Shown one piece after another: positions 10,322 through 19,980 of a stretch of 64,000 bases of DNA. A model generated the notes under the pieces. The model did no database searches and was not told where the DNA came from. It saw nothing but the letters and a program-made list of their open reading frames with translations. A program made the position numbers and the translations under genes. This DNA comes from an uncultured delta proteobacterium (GTDB lineage: Bacteria; Desulfobacterota; RBG-13-43-22): contig CAWBOS010000015.1 of the NCBI GenBank assembly GCA_963790475.1, positions 320,001 to 384,000 of the forward strand. The letters run 5' to 3'. Each line of letters opens with the position of its first letter. Position 1 is the stretch's first letter.

Positions 10322-12193
10322 TTAACCGGCCGCCTTCTCCGGCTCCGGAGAATCGGTGAAGGGGATGACCAGGTGATAAACACCGGAGTTCAGGTTGGAG
10401 GTGAAGGGGTATGGGCCTTTTTTAAATACCCGGAGCATTCCGGTATTGGTGGGCAGCACATCAGCGGTAAATCCCTCTATCCCGTTTTTCCTGGCCACAT
10501 CAATAAGCATTTGGTACAAATAAGAAGCGATCCCTTTGCCCTGGTATTCTTCATCTACGATAAAGGCCACATCGGCGAATTTCCCCTGTTCGCGTACATA
10601 TCTGGCCTCAGCCACAATCCGGGTTTCGCCCTTAGTCCCTACCATCCCCACAATGGACATGGTATTCCGGTAATCGATATTAACATAGGATTGCATTTTG
10701 TTATGAGGCATGGTCTGGACGGGACTGAAATAGCGGTAGTAAACATCCTCATCGGAGAAACGATAGAACAGCTTGCGCATCTGGTCTTCATCCGAAGGCT
10801 TTATGGCCCGAAAACGGAGACTTAACTTATCCTTAAAAGAATGGGAATGTTCCAGGTCTCCCGGATAGAAATGACCCGCCTCAGGAAGGGATATCTGGTC
10901 GGGATAGATCATGTTGGCCTCTTTGGCCTGCCGGACCAGTTCAGACCTATCATCGGGATGGGCAATGTCGATCAGGGCCAAGGCCCGCTCGCGCACACTA
11001 ATGCCTTTGAGATAAGCAATCCCGTATTCGGTGACCACCATGTCCAGCACCTCTCGGACACTGAACTGATTCGGGTATTCCTCGATGGAGATCTTAATAT
11101 TTGATTGCTGCTTCAGATTTCGGCTGGGCAGGGCACAGATGGTCCGGCCGCCTTTAGAAAGTTCAACACCGGTCAGGAAACCCTGGGCCTCTCCCATGCT
11201 GTAGGCTACGTTGCTCAGCCCTATATGCATGGCCACTCCACCGGTCAGATCCACCTTCCGGGCCGGGATAATCAGGGTGAACCGGTCATGGGACCCTATG
11301 ATCCTGGGATCTCCCACCACGTCAATCCCCTGAAACTCGATCATCGGATTTCGATCCAGCCAGTGCATAAGTTCTGCCGTTCCCAGGGCGTAAGAGACCA
11401 CGCTTTTCCCCCGGTAAATGGTCTTGAATTTATTGGTGACTGCGCCGCAACGAATAAGGTCCATGAGAGGATCGGTGATAAAAAGGGAATGCACACTTAG
11501 ATTTTTTTTCTTTCTCAAGTGGGGGGCCAAGGCCTCGAACAAGCTTCCGGTGGCAAAGGACAGGCAGCATCCGTTTTCCACCAGAAGCGCCACATTCGCC
11601 GCTACTTTGTCCATAACCGGATCTGTGGGCCAGCGGTCGAAGGTGATGGGAGGCAGTTCGGCGGCAACCAGATAATCAAACTCCCGGGCATTGATCAGGG
11701 TATCCCCAAGGGTCCGAGGCACCTGGGAATTAATCTCCCCGACCACCACAGAAGCCTGTTCCATAGCCTGTCTGGCGACGTCCACGGTCACACCCAGGGT
11801 GGCCCAGCCATTTTCATCGGGCTCGGTGATTTGAATAAAAGCCACATTGATCCTGATGGCGCCGGATTCTATCAGACCGGGAATCCGGGTGAACCGGCAG
11901 GGGATCAGGTCCACATGCCCCATCCGGACGGCCTCACTGGCCACCCAGCCCGAGTAAAAGGTTTTAAGGCGATATTTTCTGACATACCGCTCTTCCAGGG
12001 GGATTGTGTCTCCCAGACTGATGAGTTGAAGGACCTCCAGATCTCTCAGATTGGGTAAATCGGAGGAAAGGAGATATTTTATTAGAGTCCTGGGTTCGGC
12101 CGCTCCGGTCCCCACAAAGATGCTCATGCCCGGTTCTATTTTTTCCAAAACCTTTTCCGGGGTGCCTATTTTGTCCCGCCAAGAATCCGTCAT
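10322..12193 (-). CDS. Acetyl-CoA hydrolase/CoA-transferase fused to a GNAT acetyltransferase
   Basis: VVTEYGIA and LIDIAHPDDR motifs, followed by a GNAT domain with YQGKGIA. Confidence 0.88.
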   Translation of the reverse strand: MTDSWRDKIGTPEKVLEKIEPGMSIFVGTGAAEPRTLIKYLLSSDLPNLRDLEVLQLISLGDTIPLEERYVRKYRLKTFYSGWVASEAVRMGHVDLIPCRFTRIPGLIESGAIRINVAFIQITEPDENGWATLGVTVDVARQAMEQASVVVGEINSQVPRTLGDTLINAREFDYLVAAELPPITFDRWPTDPVMDKVAANVALLVENGCCLSFATGSLFEALAPHLRKKKNLSVHSLFITDPLMDLIRCGAVTNKFKTIYRGKSVVSYALGTAELMHWLDRNPMIEFQGIDVVGDPRIIGSHDRFTLIIPARKVDLTGGVAMHIGLSNVAYSMGEAQGFLTGVELSKGGRTICALPSRNLKQQSNIKISIEEYPNQFSVREVLDMVVTEYGIAYLKGISVRERALALIDIAHPDDRSELVRQAKEANMIYPDQISLPEAGHFYPGDLEHSHSFKDKLSLRFRAIKPSDEDQMRKLFYRFSDEDVYYRYFSPVQTMPHNKMQSYVNIDYRNTMSIVGMVGTKGETRIVAEARYVREQGKFADVAFIVDEEYQGKGIASYLYQMLIDVARKNGIEGFTADVLPTNTGMLRVFKKGPYPFTSNLNSGVYHLVIPFTDSPEPEKAAG

Positions 12194-12247
12194 GCCAATG
12201 ACCCCGCCATGTCCTTAATGGTTCTTCCTTCAATTCGAAAGACTTCA

Positions 12248-12326
12248 GTTTGGAATTCGGAGTTCGGAGTTCGGAGTCGGGAGTCGGGAGTTAGAAGGTT
12301 TTTCTCCGAACTCGTAACTCCGAACT
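12248..12326. repeat. Inverted heptamer array (TTCGGAG)n / (CTCCGAA)n
   Basis: About six 7-nt units followed by about three reverse-complement units. Confidence 0.85.
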
Positions 12327-12399
12327 TTTATCTCTTATCCTTAAATAGCCCAACAAACCCTTCTGCACCCGTGACCTTTTCTGGATTTGAGGGAAAAGG

Positions 12400-14070
12400 T
12401 CAATGCACACTCCGTTTTTTGCGGCTTAGATAATCCACCAGCAGATATTTGCCAAGCTGGTTCGGAGCGGTGAAGAAGGCCCGGCCCTTGTTGATCTTGG
12501 TAACCTCATTCACGAAGCTCACCAGCATAGGCGAACGGTCAAGCATGAAAGTGTTTATGGTCGCTCCGGAGCGGGTGAAGGCCCGGACCTCTTTGAGGGT
12601 TTCCCGGATGGCCGTGGGGCTGATCCCGAAGGTGGGCCATTCAATATGTAATTGGCCGTTCATGGTAAAGGCGGTCGGTTGACCGTCGGTAATCATGATG
12701 ACTTGGTGCCGGGCATCCGGGTGCTGACCGAGCAAGCGGTGGGCCATACGCAACCCATCCTGAATATTGGTAAAGACGTCGTCCCCGAAACTGCCCACGG
12801 CTTCCAGAAGCTGTTTACGGTTGAGCCGGTGCGCCTGGGTGGCGAATCCGACCATATAAAACTTATCGGTCGGGTAGCGGGTACGAATCAAATGTTCCAG
12901 GGCCAGGGCCACTTTTTTTGCAGCAGTGAAGCGGTCATTCTGGAACATGCTGTAACTCATGTCCAGCATGAGAACGGTGGCAGTAGAGGTATTGAACTCG
13001 GTTTTAAAGACTTCGAAGTCTTCCGGTTTCAGCCGAACCCTGCTCTTTCCCGAGCGTAAGGCTTCGGCCTTCAGACCGCTGCCGGCTTCTCGAAAGACCG
13101 CGTTGGATAAGGTCTTCGGCAAATGCAACTGGAAAGGATCTCCGAAAGCAAAAGGCCGGCTCTCGTCCGGCAGGGCCTCGCCCGGTCCATGAAAGGACGT
13201 ACTGTGGGCCCCGAAGGCACCGCGGCCGACCATGGAATAAATATCACGGAGGGCTTTCTGGGCAATCAGGCGCATGGCCTTGGGTGTTAGCACCAGCCGG
13301 CCTTCCTCAGCAGCCACAAAACCGGACTCACGCAGAAAGTTCATGAACTGCAAAAAAGTCTGGATTGAGCGGCTGGCCTCTTCCCCCAGGTACCGGGCCA
13401 GGTCTTCAAGATTCATGCCCTGCAAATCTCCGCGCTCGAGGGCCTGGATCAGCTCGTCCAAACGTCGCAGCTGCTCGGCCAAGGCCATGGCCTGTTCCAG
13501 GGTCATGGACTGGCCGCCTTGGGACAAATTTTGGGCCGCCATTTGTTGGAGTTGACTCAGGGTTTTAAGAAACTCCTGAAACTCCGCCTCGGCTTCCTTG
13601 TCCAGAAAATCATAATTTCTCAGCTGCTTTACTGCCTCACCGAGATTCTGGGGCAGCCCGTGTAATCCTGCCTCGCGTTGAAATAATTCCTCGATTTTTT
13701 TCCGGGCCTGCCCCGATCCGGTAACGGAAAGCTCCTGGCTGGCCCGCTCTTCCGCCTGTTGGACCGCTTTCAGTTCTTTTTGCACGATCTGGTCCAGTCG
13801 TTTTCGGAGCTCTTCGCTTAAGCCCTTGGGGTTGAACTGTTTAAGCATTTGCCCCCGCTGCTCACTTAATCGTTTGGCCAGTCGGTCCAAACCTTCAAGT
13901 CGAAAGTTCTGGGAATCGAAGGAAAGTCCCTCACGCAGCATCCATTCCAGGGCAAAAGCGGCGTCCCCCGTCTCGAGGAATTTTTCAAGAAAGTCGTCGG
14001 TCATGGCCTTGAACTCCAAGTCGACGACCTGGCTGCCGTCCCATCGGCTATAACGAAATACTTTAGACAT
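12400..14070 (-). CDS. vWA domain protein
   Basis: RYSRWDGSQ start, DMSYS MIDAS motif, TNIQ and ITDGQPT. Confidence 0.88.
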   Translation of the reverse strand: MSKVFRYSRWDGSQVVDLEFKAMTDDFLEKFLETGDAAFALEWMLREGLSFDSQNFRLEGLDRLAKRLSEQRGQMLKQFNPKGLSEELRKRLDQIVQKELKAVQQAEERASQELSVTGSGQARKKIEELFQREAGLHGLPQNLGEAVKQLRNYDFLDKEAEAEFQEFLKTLSQLQQMAAQNLSQGGQSMTLEQAMALAEQLRRLDELIQALERGDLQGMNLEDLARYLGEEASRSIQTFLQFMNFLRESGFVAAEEGRLVLTPKAMRLIAQKALRDIYSMVGRGAFGAHSTSFHGPGEALPDESRPFAFGDPFQLHLPKTLSNAVFREAGSGLKAEALRSGKSRVRLKPEDFEVFKTEFNTSTATVLMLDMSYSMFQNDRFTAAKKVALALEHLIRTRYPTDKFYMVGFATQAHRLNRKQLLEAVGSFGDDVFTNIQDGLRMAHRLLGQHPDARHQVIMITDGQPTAFTMNGQLHIEWPTFGISPTAIRETLKEVRAFTRSGATINTFMLDRSPMLVSFVNEVTKINKGRAFFTAPNQLGKYLLVDYLSRKKRSVH

Positions 14071-14221
14071 AGGTTTCTTTCCTAAATCTTTCTTCTAAAA
14101 ATAAGTATCAAGAGTTCCAAGATTCGAGGTCCAATGAATTCATCGGTTCAAGGTGTAAGGTCTACGGTTTCCTCGGACCTTCCTGCCTGCCCGCAGGCCT
14201 CGGACCTTAAACCTTTCTTTT

Positions 14222-15679
14222 TTAATGAAATCCTTCCCCCCGCTCACGCTTAATGGTCGGCTTGGGTTTGGGCGCCTGAGGTGATATTTTATAGACCGTC
14301 TTGTCCTTGCGCAGTTCCTTGTTCAGTTTCTGGTTCAGATGCAGCCCTTCCAGGACAAACTCCGCGGCCGAGGCCAGTTGTGCCGGAGAATCGCTTAAGC
14401 CCAGCGTTTTCAGTGCCTCCCGCAGGACCGGCACCTGTTTAAAAAAATCCTTGTATTGCGCTGACGGGGAGTCGGCTGAAACTTCCATGGAGGCCCCGGC
14501 CTCAAAAATCCGCGTCACCGGCTCCAGATCTTCAACCCGGAAATGTTGGTCAAAAATACCCCGGATCGCGCGGCGGAGCAGGCGATCCACGATCTCCACT
14601 TCGGTCTGATCCTCACCGGCATATTCGATCTCAATCTTGCCCCGTGAGCTGGCAAAAACGGCCGGCAAATCGGAAATACGCGGTACCACCTCCGGTTCAC
14701 CCAGGCGAATCGCCCGCTTATGGGCGCTGGCCAACACGCTTTCAAAGTTCGAAATGCTCATACGTACCGAGACACCGGAGGATTGATTGATTTCCGGGCA
14801 CTGCCGGGCCTCAAAGGTCAACCCGGCAATAATCTCTTTAACATAATCCGGCACTAGAACCCGGCGATCAGGGGCGACCTTCACTTGGGCCTCCTGCTCG
14901 ACGATAGCCATTTCGATCTCCCGTTTCATAGGATAGTGGGTGCGCACCTGGGAGGAATAACGGTCCTTGAGGGGGGTAATGATGCGCCCCCGGTGGGTGT
15001 AATCTTCCGGGTTGGCCGTGGCCACAATCAACATATCCAGGGGCAGGCGCACCTTGAAACCCTTAATCTGCACATCGCCTTCTTCAAGGATGTTGAACAG
15101 GCTGACCTGGACTTTTTCGGAAAGGTCGGGCAATTCATTGATAGCAAAAATTCCCCGGTTGGTTCGGGGCAAAATCCCGAAGTGGATAACGCGTTCGTCG
15201 GAGAGATATCGTCCCTCGGCCACCTTGATCGGATCCACATCCCCGATCAGGTCCGAGACCGAGACATCGGGCGTGGCCAGTTTCTCACCGAAGCGCTCTT
15301 CCCGCGGGACCCAAACAATGGGAAGACGGTCACCCATTTCGACGGCCCGGATCCGGCATTCGTGACAGATGGGGGCAAAAGGATTATCCAGGATTTCACA
15401 ACCGGCTACTGCCGGCATCCACTCGTCCAGGAGCTGGACCAGAGTCCGGATCAGCCGGCTTTTGGCCTGACCCCGCTCGCCCAGGATGAGAATATCATGG
15501 CCCGAAAGGATAGCGTTCTCCATTTCCGGGATCACGGTCTCATCATACCCGAGGATGCCGGGAAAGAGAGGTTTTCCTGCCTTCATCCTCTCGACCATAT
15601 TTTCCATTAGTTCTTGCTTGACCGAGCGATAACACCACCCGGAGGCACGCAATTCACCTAAGGTTTGACTTTTATTCAC
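14222..15679 (-). CDS. Mg-chelatase ChlI/MoxR-like AAA+ ATPase
   Basis: LGERGQAKS Walker A variant, FAINELPDL and ANPEDYT motifs. Confidence 0.88.
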   Translation of the reverse strand: MNKSQTLGELRASGWCYRSVKQELMENMVERMKAGKPLFPGILGYDETVIPEMENAILSGHDILILGERGQAKSRLIRTLVQLLDEWMPAVAGCEILDNPFAPICHECRIRAVEMGDRLPIVWVPREERFGEKLATPDVSVSDLIGDVDPIKVAEGRYLSDERVIHFGILPRTNRGIFAINELPDLSEKVQVSLFNILEEGDVQIKGFKVRLPLDMLIVATANPEDYTHRGRIITPLKDRYSSQVRTHYPMKREIEMAIVEQEAQVKVAPDRRVLVPDYVKEIIAGLTFEARQCPEINQSSGVSVRMSISNFESVLASAHKRAIRLGEPEVVPRISDLPAVFASSRGKIEIEYAGEDQTEVEIVDRLLRRAIRGIFDQHFRVEDLEPVTRIFEAGASMEVSADSPSAQYKDFFKQVPVLREALKTLGLSDSPAQLASAAEFVLEGLHLNQKLNKELRKDKTVYKISPQAPKPKPTIKRERGEGFH

Positions 15680-15865
15680 AGTGTTTCTTCTCCCTTCATT
15701 AATTCAAGGTATTCTAAATTGCCCTATTTACACCCTCCGGGACCGATCCCGAAGCCTAATCGACTTTTTTGATTACTATAGTACCGTTTCATCCGGACTT
15801 CGTCAAAAGGAAAATGTAAGGATGGTTGGGAGGGAAAAAAGGGCCTGGCAACAATTAAAACAAAA

Positions 15866-17232
15866 TTAAAACAATATCCCCAGGCATTCCTGAAGGGACC
15901 CGATTCCGATCAATTCCATAGAAGGAGTCTTAACGGTTTGTTCAAGATTGTTTTTCGGCAGCAGGCAACGGGTGAAACCCAGCTTCTGGGCCTCCTTGAC
16001 CCGCAGCAACGATTGACTGACGGCCCGGATTTCCCCGGTCAATCCCACTTCACCGAATAAGACCGTCTGGGCCGATATCGGACGATCCAGGAAACTGCCG
16101 GCCAGGGAGGCGGCGATACCCAGATCGACGGCCGGTTCATCAATCCGTATGCCTCCGGCCACATTCAGAAAGATATCCTGATTTAAAAGATTGAGTCCGG
16201 CCTTTTTTTCCAGAACAGCCACCAGGAGGGAAACCCGGTTGTGATCCACCCCCATAGCCGTCCGCCGGGGCACCCCGAAATTGGTCTGGCTGACCAGGGC
16301 CTGGAGTTCCACCAGGATAGGCCGGGACCCTTCCAGGCTGGGCACGACCACCGACCCGGGGACATTCAGGGGGCGTTCGGAGAGAAAGAGCTGGGAGGGG
16401 TCTTTGACCTCTGCCAATCCCGAATCTTTCATTTCGAAGACTCCGATTTCATTGGTCGACCCGAAGCGGTTTTTAACCGCCCGGAGGATGCGGTAGGCAT
16501 GACCCCGTTCCCCCTCAAAATATAAAACCGTATCGACCATATGTTCCAGTACCCGGGGGCCGGCGATGATCCCTTCTTTGGTGACATGGCCGATCAGAAA
16601 CAAGGAGGTGTCCGACTTTTTGGCCCAGACCATCAATCGACCGGCTACCTCCCGAACCTGGGAGACACTGCCGGGGGCGGAGCTCATCTCTCCTGAATAA
16701 ATGGTCTGGATGGAATCTATGGCCACAAATCGGGGCTGGAAGTCCTTCAGGATTTTAAAGATGGCTTCCAGGGAGGTTTCGGAAACAACCAGGACCTGAC
16801 TGTTGCCCGGCCCCCAGCCGTTCGCCCCTCATCTTGATCTGCTGAACCGATTCCTCCCCGGAAATAACCATGGATTTATGACCCAAGGCGGCCAACCGGT
16901 CCAGGACCTGGAGGATCAGGGTGGATTTCCCGATCCCGGGATCACCGCCGACCAGGACAGCCGATCCTGGAACCACCCCGCCCCCGAGCACCCGGTCCAG
17001 TTCATCGATCCCGATCAGGTGCCTCTGCTCCCCTTGATTGGAAATTTCTTTCAGAGGTTGGGGGAGAGACTTCCGGACGGGGCCTCTCCTCCCAGGGATG
17101 GGCCTTCAGCGGTGTGGAAAATGATTCTTCGAGAAGACTGTTCCAGGTTCCGCAATCCGGACAACGTCCCAGCCATTTAGGACTTTGAAACCCGCAGGAT
17201 TGGCAGGCATATATTGATTTGTCGGTTTTCAT
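15866..17232 (-). pseudogene. radA: DNA repair protein RadA/Sms, split by two apparent single-base frameshifts (may be sequence error)
   Basis: CQSC..CPDC zinc finger, GDPGIGKST, IDSIQT and KNRFG motifs spread over three reading segments; shifts near 17060-17066 and 16806-16815. Confidence 0.9.
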
Positions 17233-17415
17233 GTTTTTCCCATTGTAATGCAAAAAAAAATAACTTCCAGGGTTTATTTTCTTGAATCAGACTCTATTTT
17301 CTTAACTATTTAAAAATAGGTGTATATTATGACTAAACAGGATTAACTCTCGTCCAAAGGCCAGGCTTCTATCCCGCCGCTTTCTAAAGAAGATACCGCC
17401 CTGAAAAAATTTAGA

Positions 17416-17444
17416 TTGACATTATCTCCTGTTTTCATTATAAT
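17416..17444 (+). promoter_or_regulatory. sigma70 promoter of tRNA-Gly/rimP operon
   Basis: TTGACA-17 nt-TATAAT, a perfect consensus. Confidence 0.88.
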
Positions 17445-17456
17445 ATTATTTTTTAA

Positions 17457-17532
17457 GCGGGCATAGCTCAGCTGGTAGAGTACAAGCTTCCCAAGCTTGG
17501 TGTCGCGGGTTCGAATCCCGTTGCCCGCTCCA
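17457..17532 (+). tRNA. tRNA-Gly(CCC)
   Basis: GCGGGCATAGCTCAG...AAGCTTCCCAAGCTT...GGTTCGAATCCC...GCCCGCTCCA, 76 nt. Confidence 0.97.
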
Positions 17533-17674
17533 ACTTGGTTGGAGCGGTAGTTCCCTTTTTGAGGTGGGTCTTGGCCCTTAGTCGATTCAGGGTAGGCCAT
17601 GTCTTCGAATAGCGGATGAGTTGATATTTTTTAAATTTTTTGCAACACCAATATCAATTACTGTTCTGCGTTAC

Positions 17675-17701
17675 GAAGTGGGCCTCGGCCCATTTTTTTT
17701 T
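17675..17701 (+). promoter_or_regulatory. rimP leader hairpin / attenuator
   Basis: GAAGTGGGCCTCGGCCCATTTTTTTTT directly before the rimP start. Confidence 0.7.
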
Positions 17702-17708
17702 GGCTTAT

Positions 17709-18179
17709 ATGAGTACCTTCTCTAGAGTAGAACTGGATCGAATGGAACCAATGGTCGAGTCCCTTCTGAAAGCCGAAGGGCTGGAACTGGTTGATCTGGA
17801 GTTTCGTAAAGAAGCTCGGGGATGGGTGCTTCGAATTTTTATGGATAAACCGGGGGGGGTGACCCTGGACGATTGTTCGGAAATAAGCCGGGAAATTGGT
17901 GATCAGATCGAGGTCAACGAGTTGATACCTCATTCTTATACGTTGGAAGTCTCTTCCCCCGGATTGGATCGTCCTTTAAAAAAAGAAAAAGATTTTCTTG
18001 GCAGTATTGGAAAATTGATTCAACTTTCAACAAGCGCCCCTCTGGAGGGGCAGACCTTTTTCAAAGGAATCCTTTTGGATTTTCAGGCTTTTGGTAGTCT
18101 GCGTCTGGCCGAAACTAAAAAAACCTGGGAGATCCCGGCTGGACTAATTTCCAAAGCCCGATTGGTTTTTGAGGGTTGA
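17709..18179 (+). CDS. rimP: Ribosome maturation factor RimP
   Basis: GVTLDDC and YTLEVSSPGLDRPL motifs; start taken at ATG 17709. Confidence 0.95.
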   Translation: MSTFSRVELDRMEPMVESLLKAEGLELVDLEFRKEARGWVLRIFMDKPGGVTLDDCSEISREIGDQIEVNELIPHSYTLEVSSPGLDRPLKKEKDFLGSIGKLIQLSTSAPLEGQTFFKGILLDFQAFGSLRLAETKKTWEIPAGLISKARLVFEG

Positions 18180-18319
18180 AGCTGTTTTTTGCATCAGGAT
18201 ATAAATTTTCAGGCTATCGAATGGGTATTCAGGACAAAACCCGCCTAGCCCGGGCTTGAGCGACTTAACGCCGTACGCGATCTTATTAGTAGTAGTATTA
18301 TCTTAAAGGAGTCAAAACG

Positions 18320-19708
18320 ATGGCTTTGATTCAGAAAAAAGAAAAAGAGTTAGCTGGAATTCCTCCCTTGGAACTGAAGAGAGTTATTGATCAAGTCAGC
18401 AGGGACAAAGGAATTAATAAAGAGGTCCTGATCTCCACCCTGGTGGAAGCCATAGCATCGGCCGCCAAGAAAAAATTAGGCCTGAAAACTGAGATCGAGG
18501 TCAATTACAACGAAGACCTGGGAGAGATCGAGGTTTTTGAATTCAAGGAAGTGGCCGACAAAGTCAAGGACCCCAACACGCAGATTTCTCTCGAGGAGGG
18601 GAAAAGGATGGATCCCGAATGCGAGGTTGGAGACAGCCTCGGGATTAAGATGGAGACCAGCTCTTTCGGTCGGATTGCCGCCCAATCAGCTAAACAGGTC
18701 ATCATTCAACGGATGAAGGACGTGGAACGGGATATTGTCTTTGAAGATTTTAAAGATCGAAAGGGAGAGGTGATCAATGGGATCATTCAACGGTTTGACA
18801 AAGGGGCGGCCATTATCAACCTGGGCCGAACAGAAGCGATCCTGCCGATCCCCGAACAGATTCCCACAGAAACTTACAAGCAGGGGGATCGGGTCCGGGC
18901 GTATGTGCTGGAGGTGAAAAAAATCAGCAAAGGCCCTCAGATCATCCTTTCCAGAACCCATCCCCAGTTTCTGGCCGCCCTTTTTGAAATGGAGGTTCCG
19001 GAAATTTCACAAAAAATCGTCCGAATTGTCAATGTGGTTCGGGAACCGGGAGGACGATCTAAAATCGCCGTCGTCAGTGAAGATAAAGATGTCGATCCGG
19101 TCGGAGCCTGTGTGGGGATGAAAGGAAACCGCGTTCAATATGTCGTTCAGGAGCTTAGGGGTGAAAAGATCGATATCATCTCCTGGAATCCGGATCCGGC
19201 CAAGTTTATCTGTAATGCCCTGGCCCCGGCTGAGATCATTCGGGTGATCATTGATGAAGTTAATCGTTCCATGGAAGTAGTAGTGCCCGATGAACAATTG
19301 TCTTTGGCCATAGGGAAGAGAGGGCAGAATGTCCGCCTGGCTTCCCGTTTGACTGGATGGAAAATTGATGTCAAAAGTGAATCGAAATATACCAAATCCA
19401 TGCGGGACGGATACCAATCCTTACTTCAGATAACCGGGGTAGGGGAAGCCACGGCTGACTCCTTATACAAAGGAGGTTTTGGTTCAGCCAAAGAGGTGGC
19501 CGAATCCAACATCAATGAATTGATGCAGATTTCCGGAATTACCTCCAAAAAGGCAGAGAAATTGCTGGATGCCGCCAACGAATTTTTAAAAATTACTCAA
19601 CCTAAGGATCCCCTGGCTGAAAATCAGGAAACTGAAAAAGAAAAAACAGCCCAAGATGAGGGTTTGGGGGAGACCCCCTTAATGGAAAAAGAGGCTCCCG
19701 CTGAATGA
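18320..19708 (+). CDS. nusA: Transcription termination factor NusA
   Basis: FGRIAAQSAKQVI, DPVGACVG and AIGKRGQNVRLA motifs. Confidence 0.98.
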   Translation: MALIQKKEKELAGIPPLELKRVIDQVSRDKGINKEVLISTLVEAIASAAKKKLGLKTEIEVNYNEDLGEIEVFEFKEVADKVKDPNTQISLEEGKRMDPECEVGDSLGIKMETSSFGRIAAQSAKQVIIQRMKDVERDIVFEDFKDRKGEVINGIIQRFDKGAAIINLGRTEAILPIPEQIPTETYKQGDRVRAYVLEVKKISKGPQIILSRTHPQFLAALFEMEVPEISQKIVRIVNVVREPGGRSKIAVVSEDKDVDPVGACVGMKGNRVQYVVQELRGEKIDIISWNPDPAKFICNALAPAEIIRVIIDEVNRSMEVVVPDEQLSLAIGKRGQNVRLASRLTGWKIDVKSESKYTKSMRDGYQSLLQITGVGEATADSLYKGGFGSAKEVAESNINELMQISGITSKKAEKLLDAANEFLKITQPKDPLAENQETEKEKTAQDEGLGETPLMEKEAPAE

Positions 19709-19980
19709 TAAGGCAAAGGACTTGTCGCGCCTGCCGAAAAAAAAAAGACAAGAAAGAATTATTGAGGCTGATATTTTTGGATAAAAAAACTTTAGAGGTT
19801 GATCCCGGGCAAATCATGCCTGGGAGAGGGTGGTATCTGTGTCCGGAAGAGACCTGCCTGTTTTGTCTGAAGGCCGCAAAAAGCCGGCATAAGTCCTTTG
19901 GCCGTGATTTTGAGATCGGTCCGGGGTTGAACAACTTAATGATGATTCCGCCGGCAGGGGGGGTACATGGCCAAAATTAG
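19705..19980 (+). CDS. ylxR: YlxR/RnpM (DUF448) family RNA-binding protein
   Basis: [12 protein letters not shown] and PGRGWYLC motifs; lies between nusA and infB. Confidence 0.85.
   Translation: MIRQRTCRACRKKKDKKELLRLIFLDKKTLEVDPGQIMPGRGWYLCPEETCLFCLKAAKSRHKSFGRDFEIGPGLNNLMMIPPAGGVHGQN

Noticed and set aside
12248-12326. Short repeats as a CRISPR array
   Set aside because: 7-nt tandem units without spacers and no cas genes; no CRISPR array was seen in the window
17343-17600. 85-aa ORF
   Set aside because: Antisense to tRNA-Gly and its promoter
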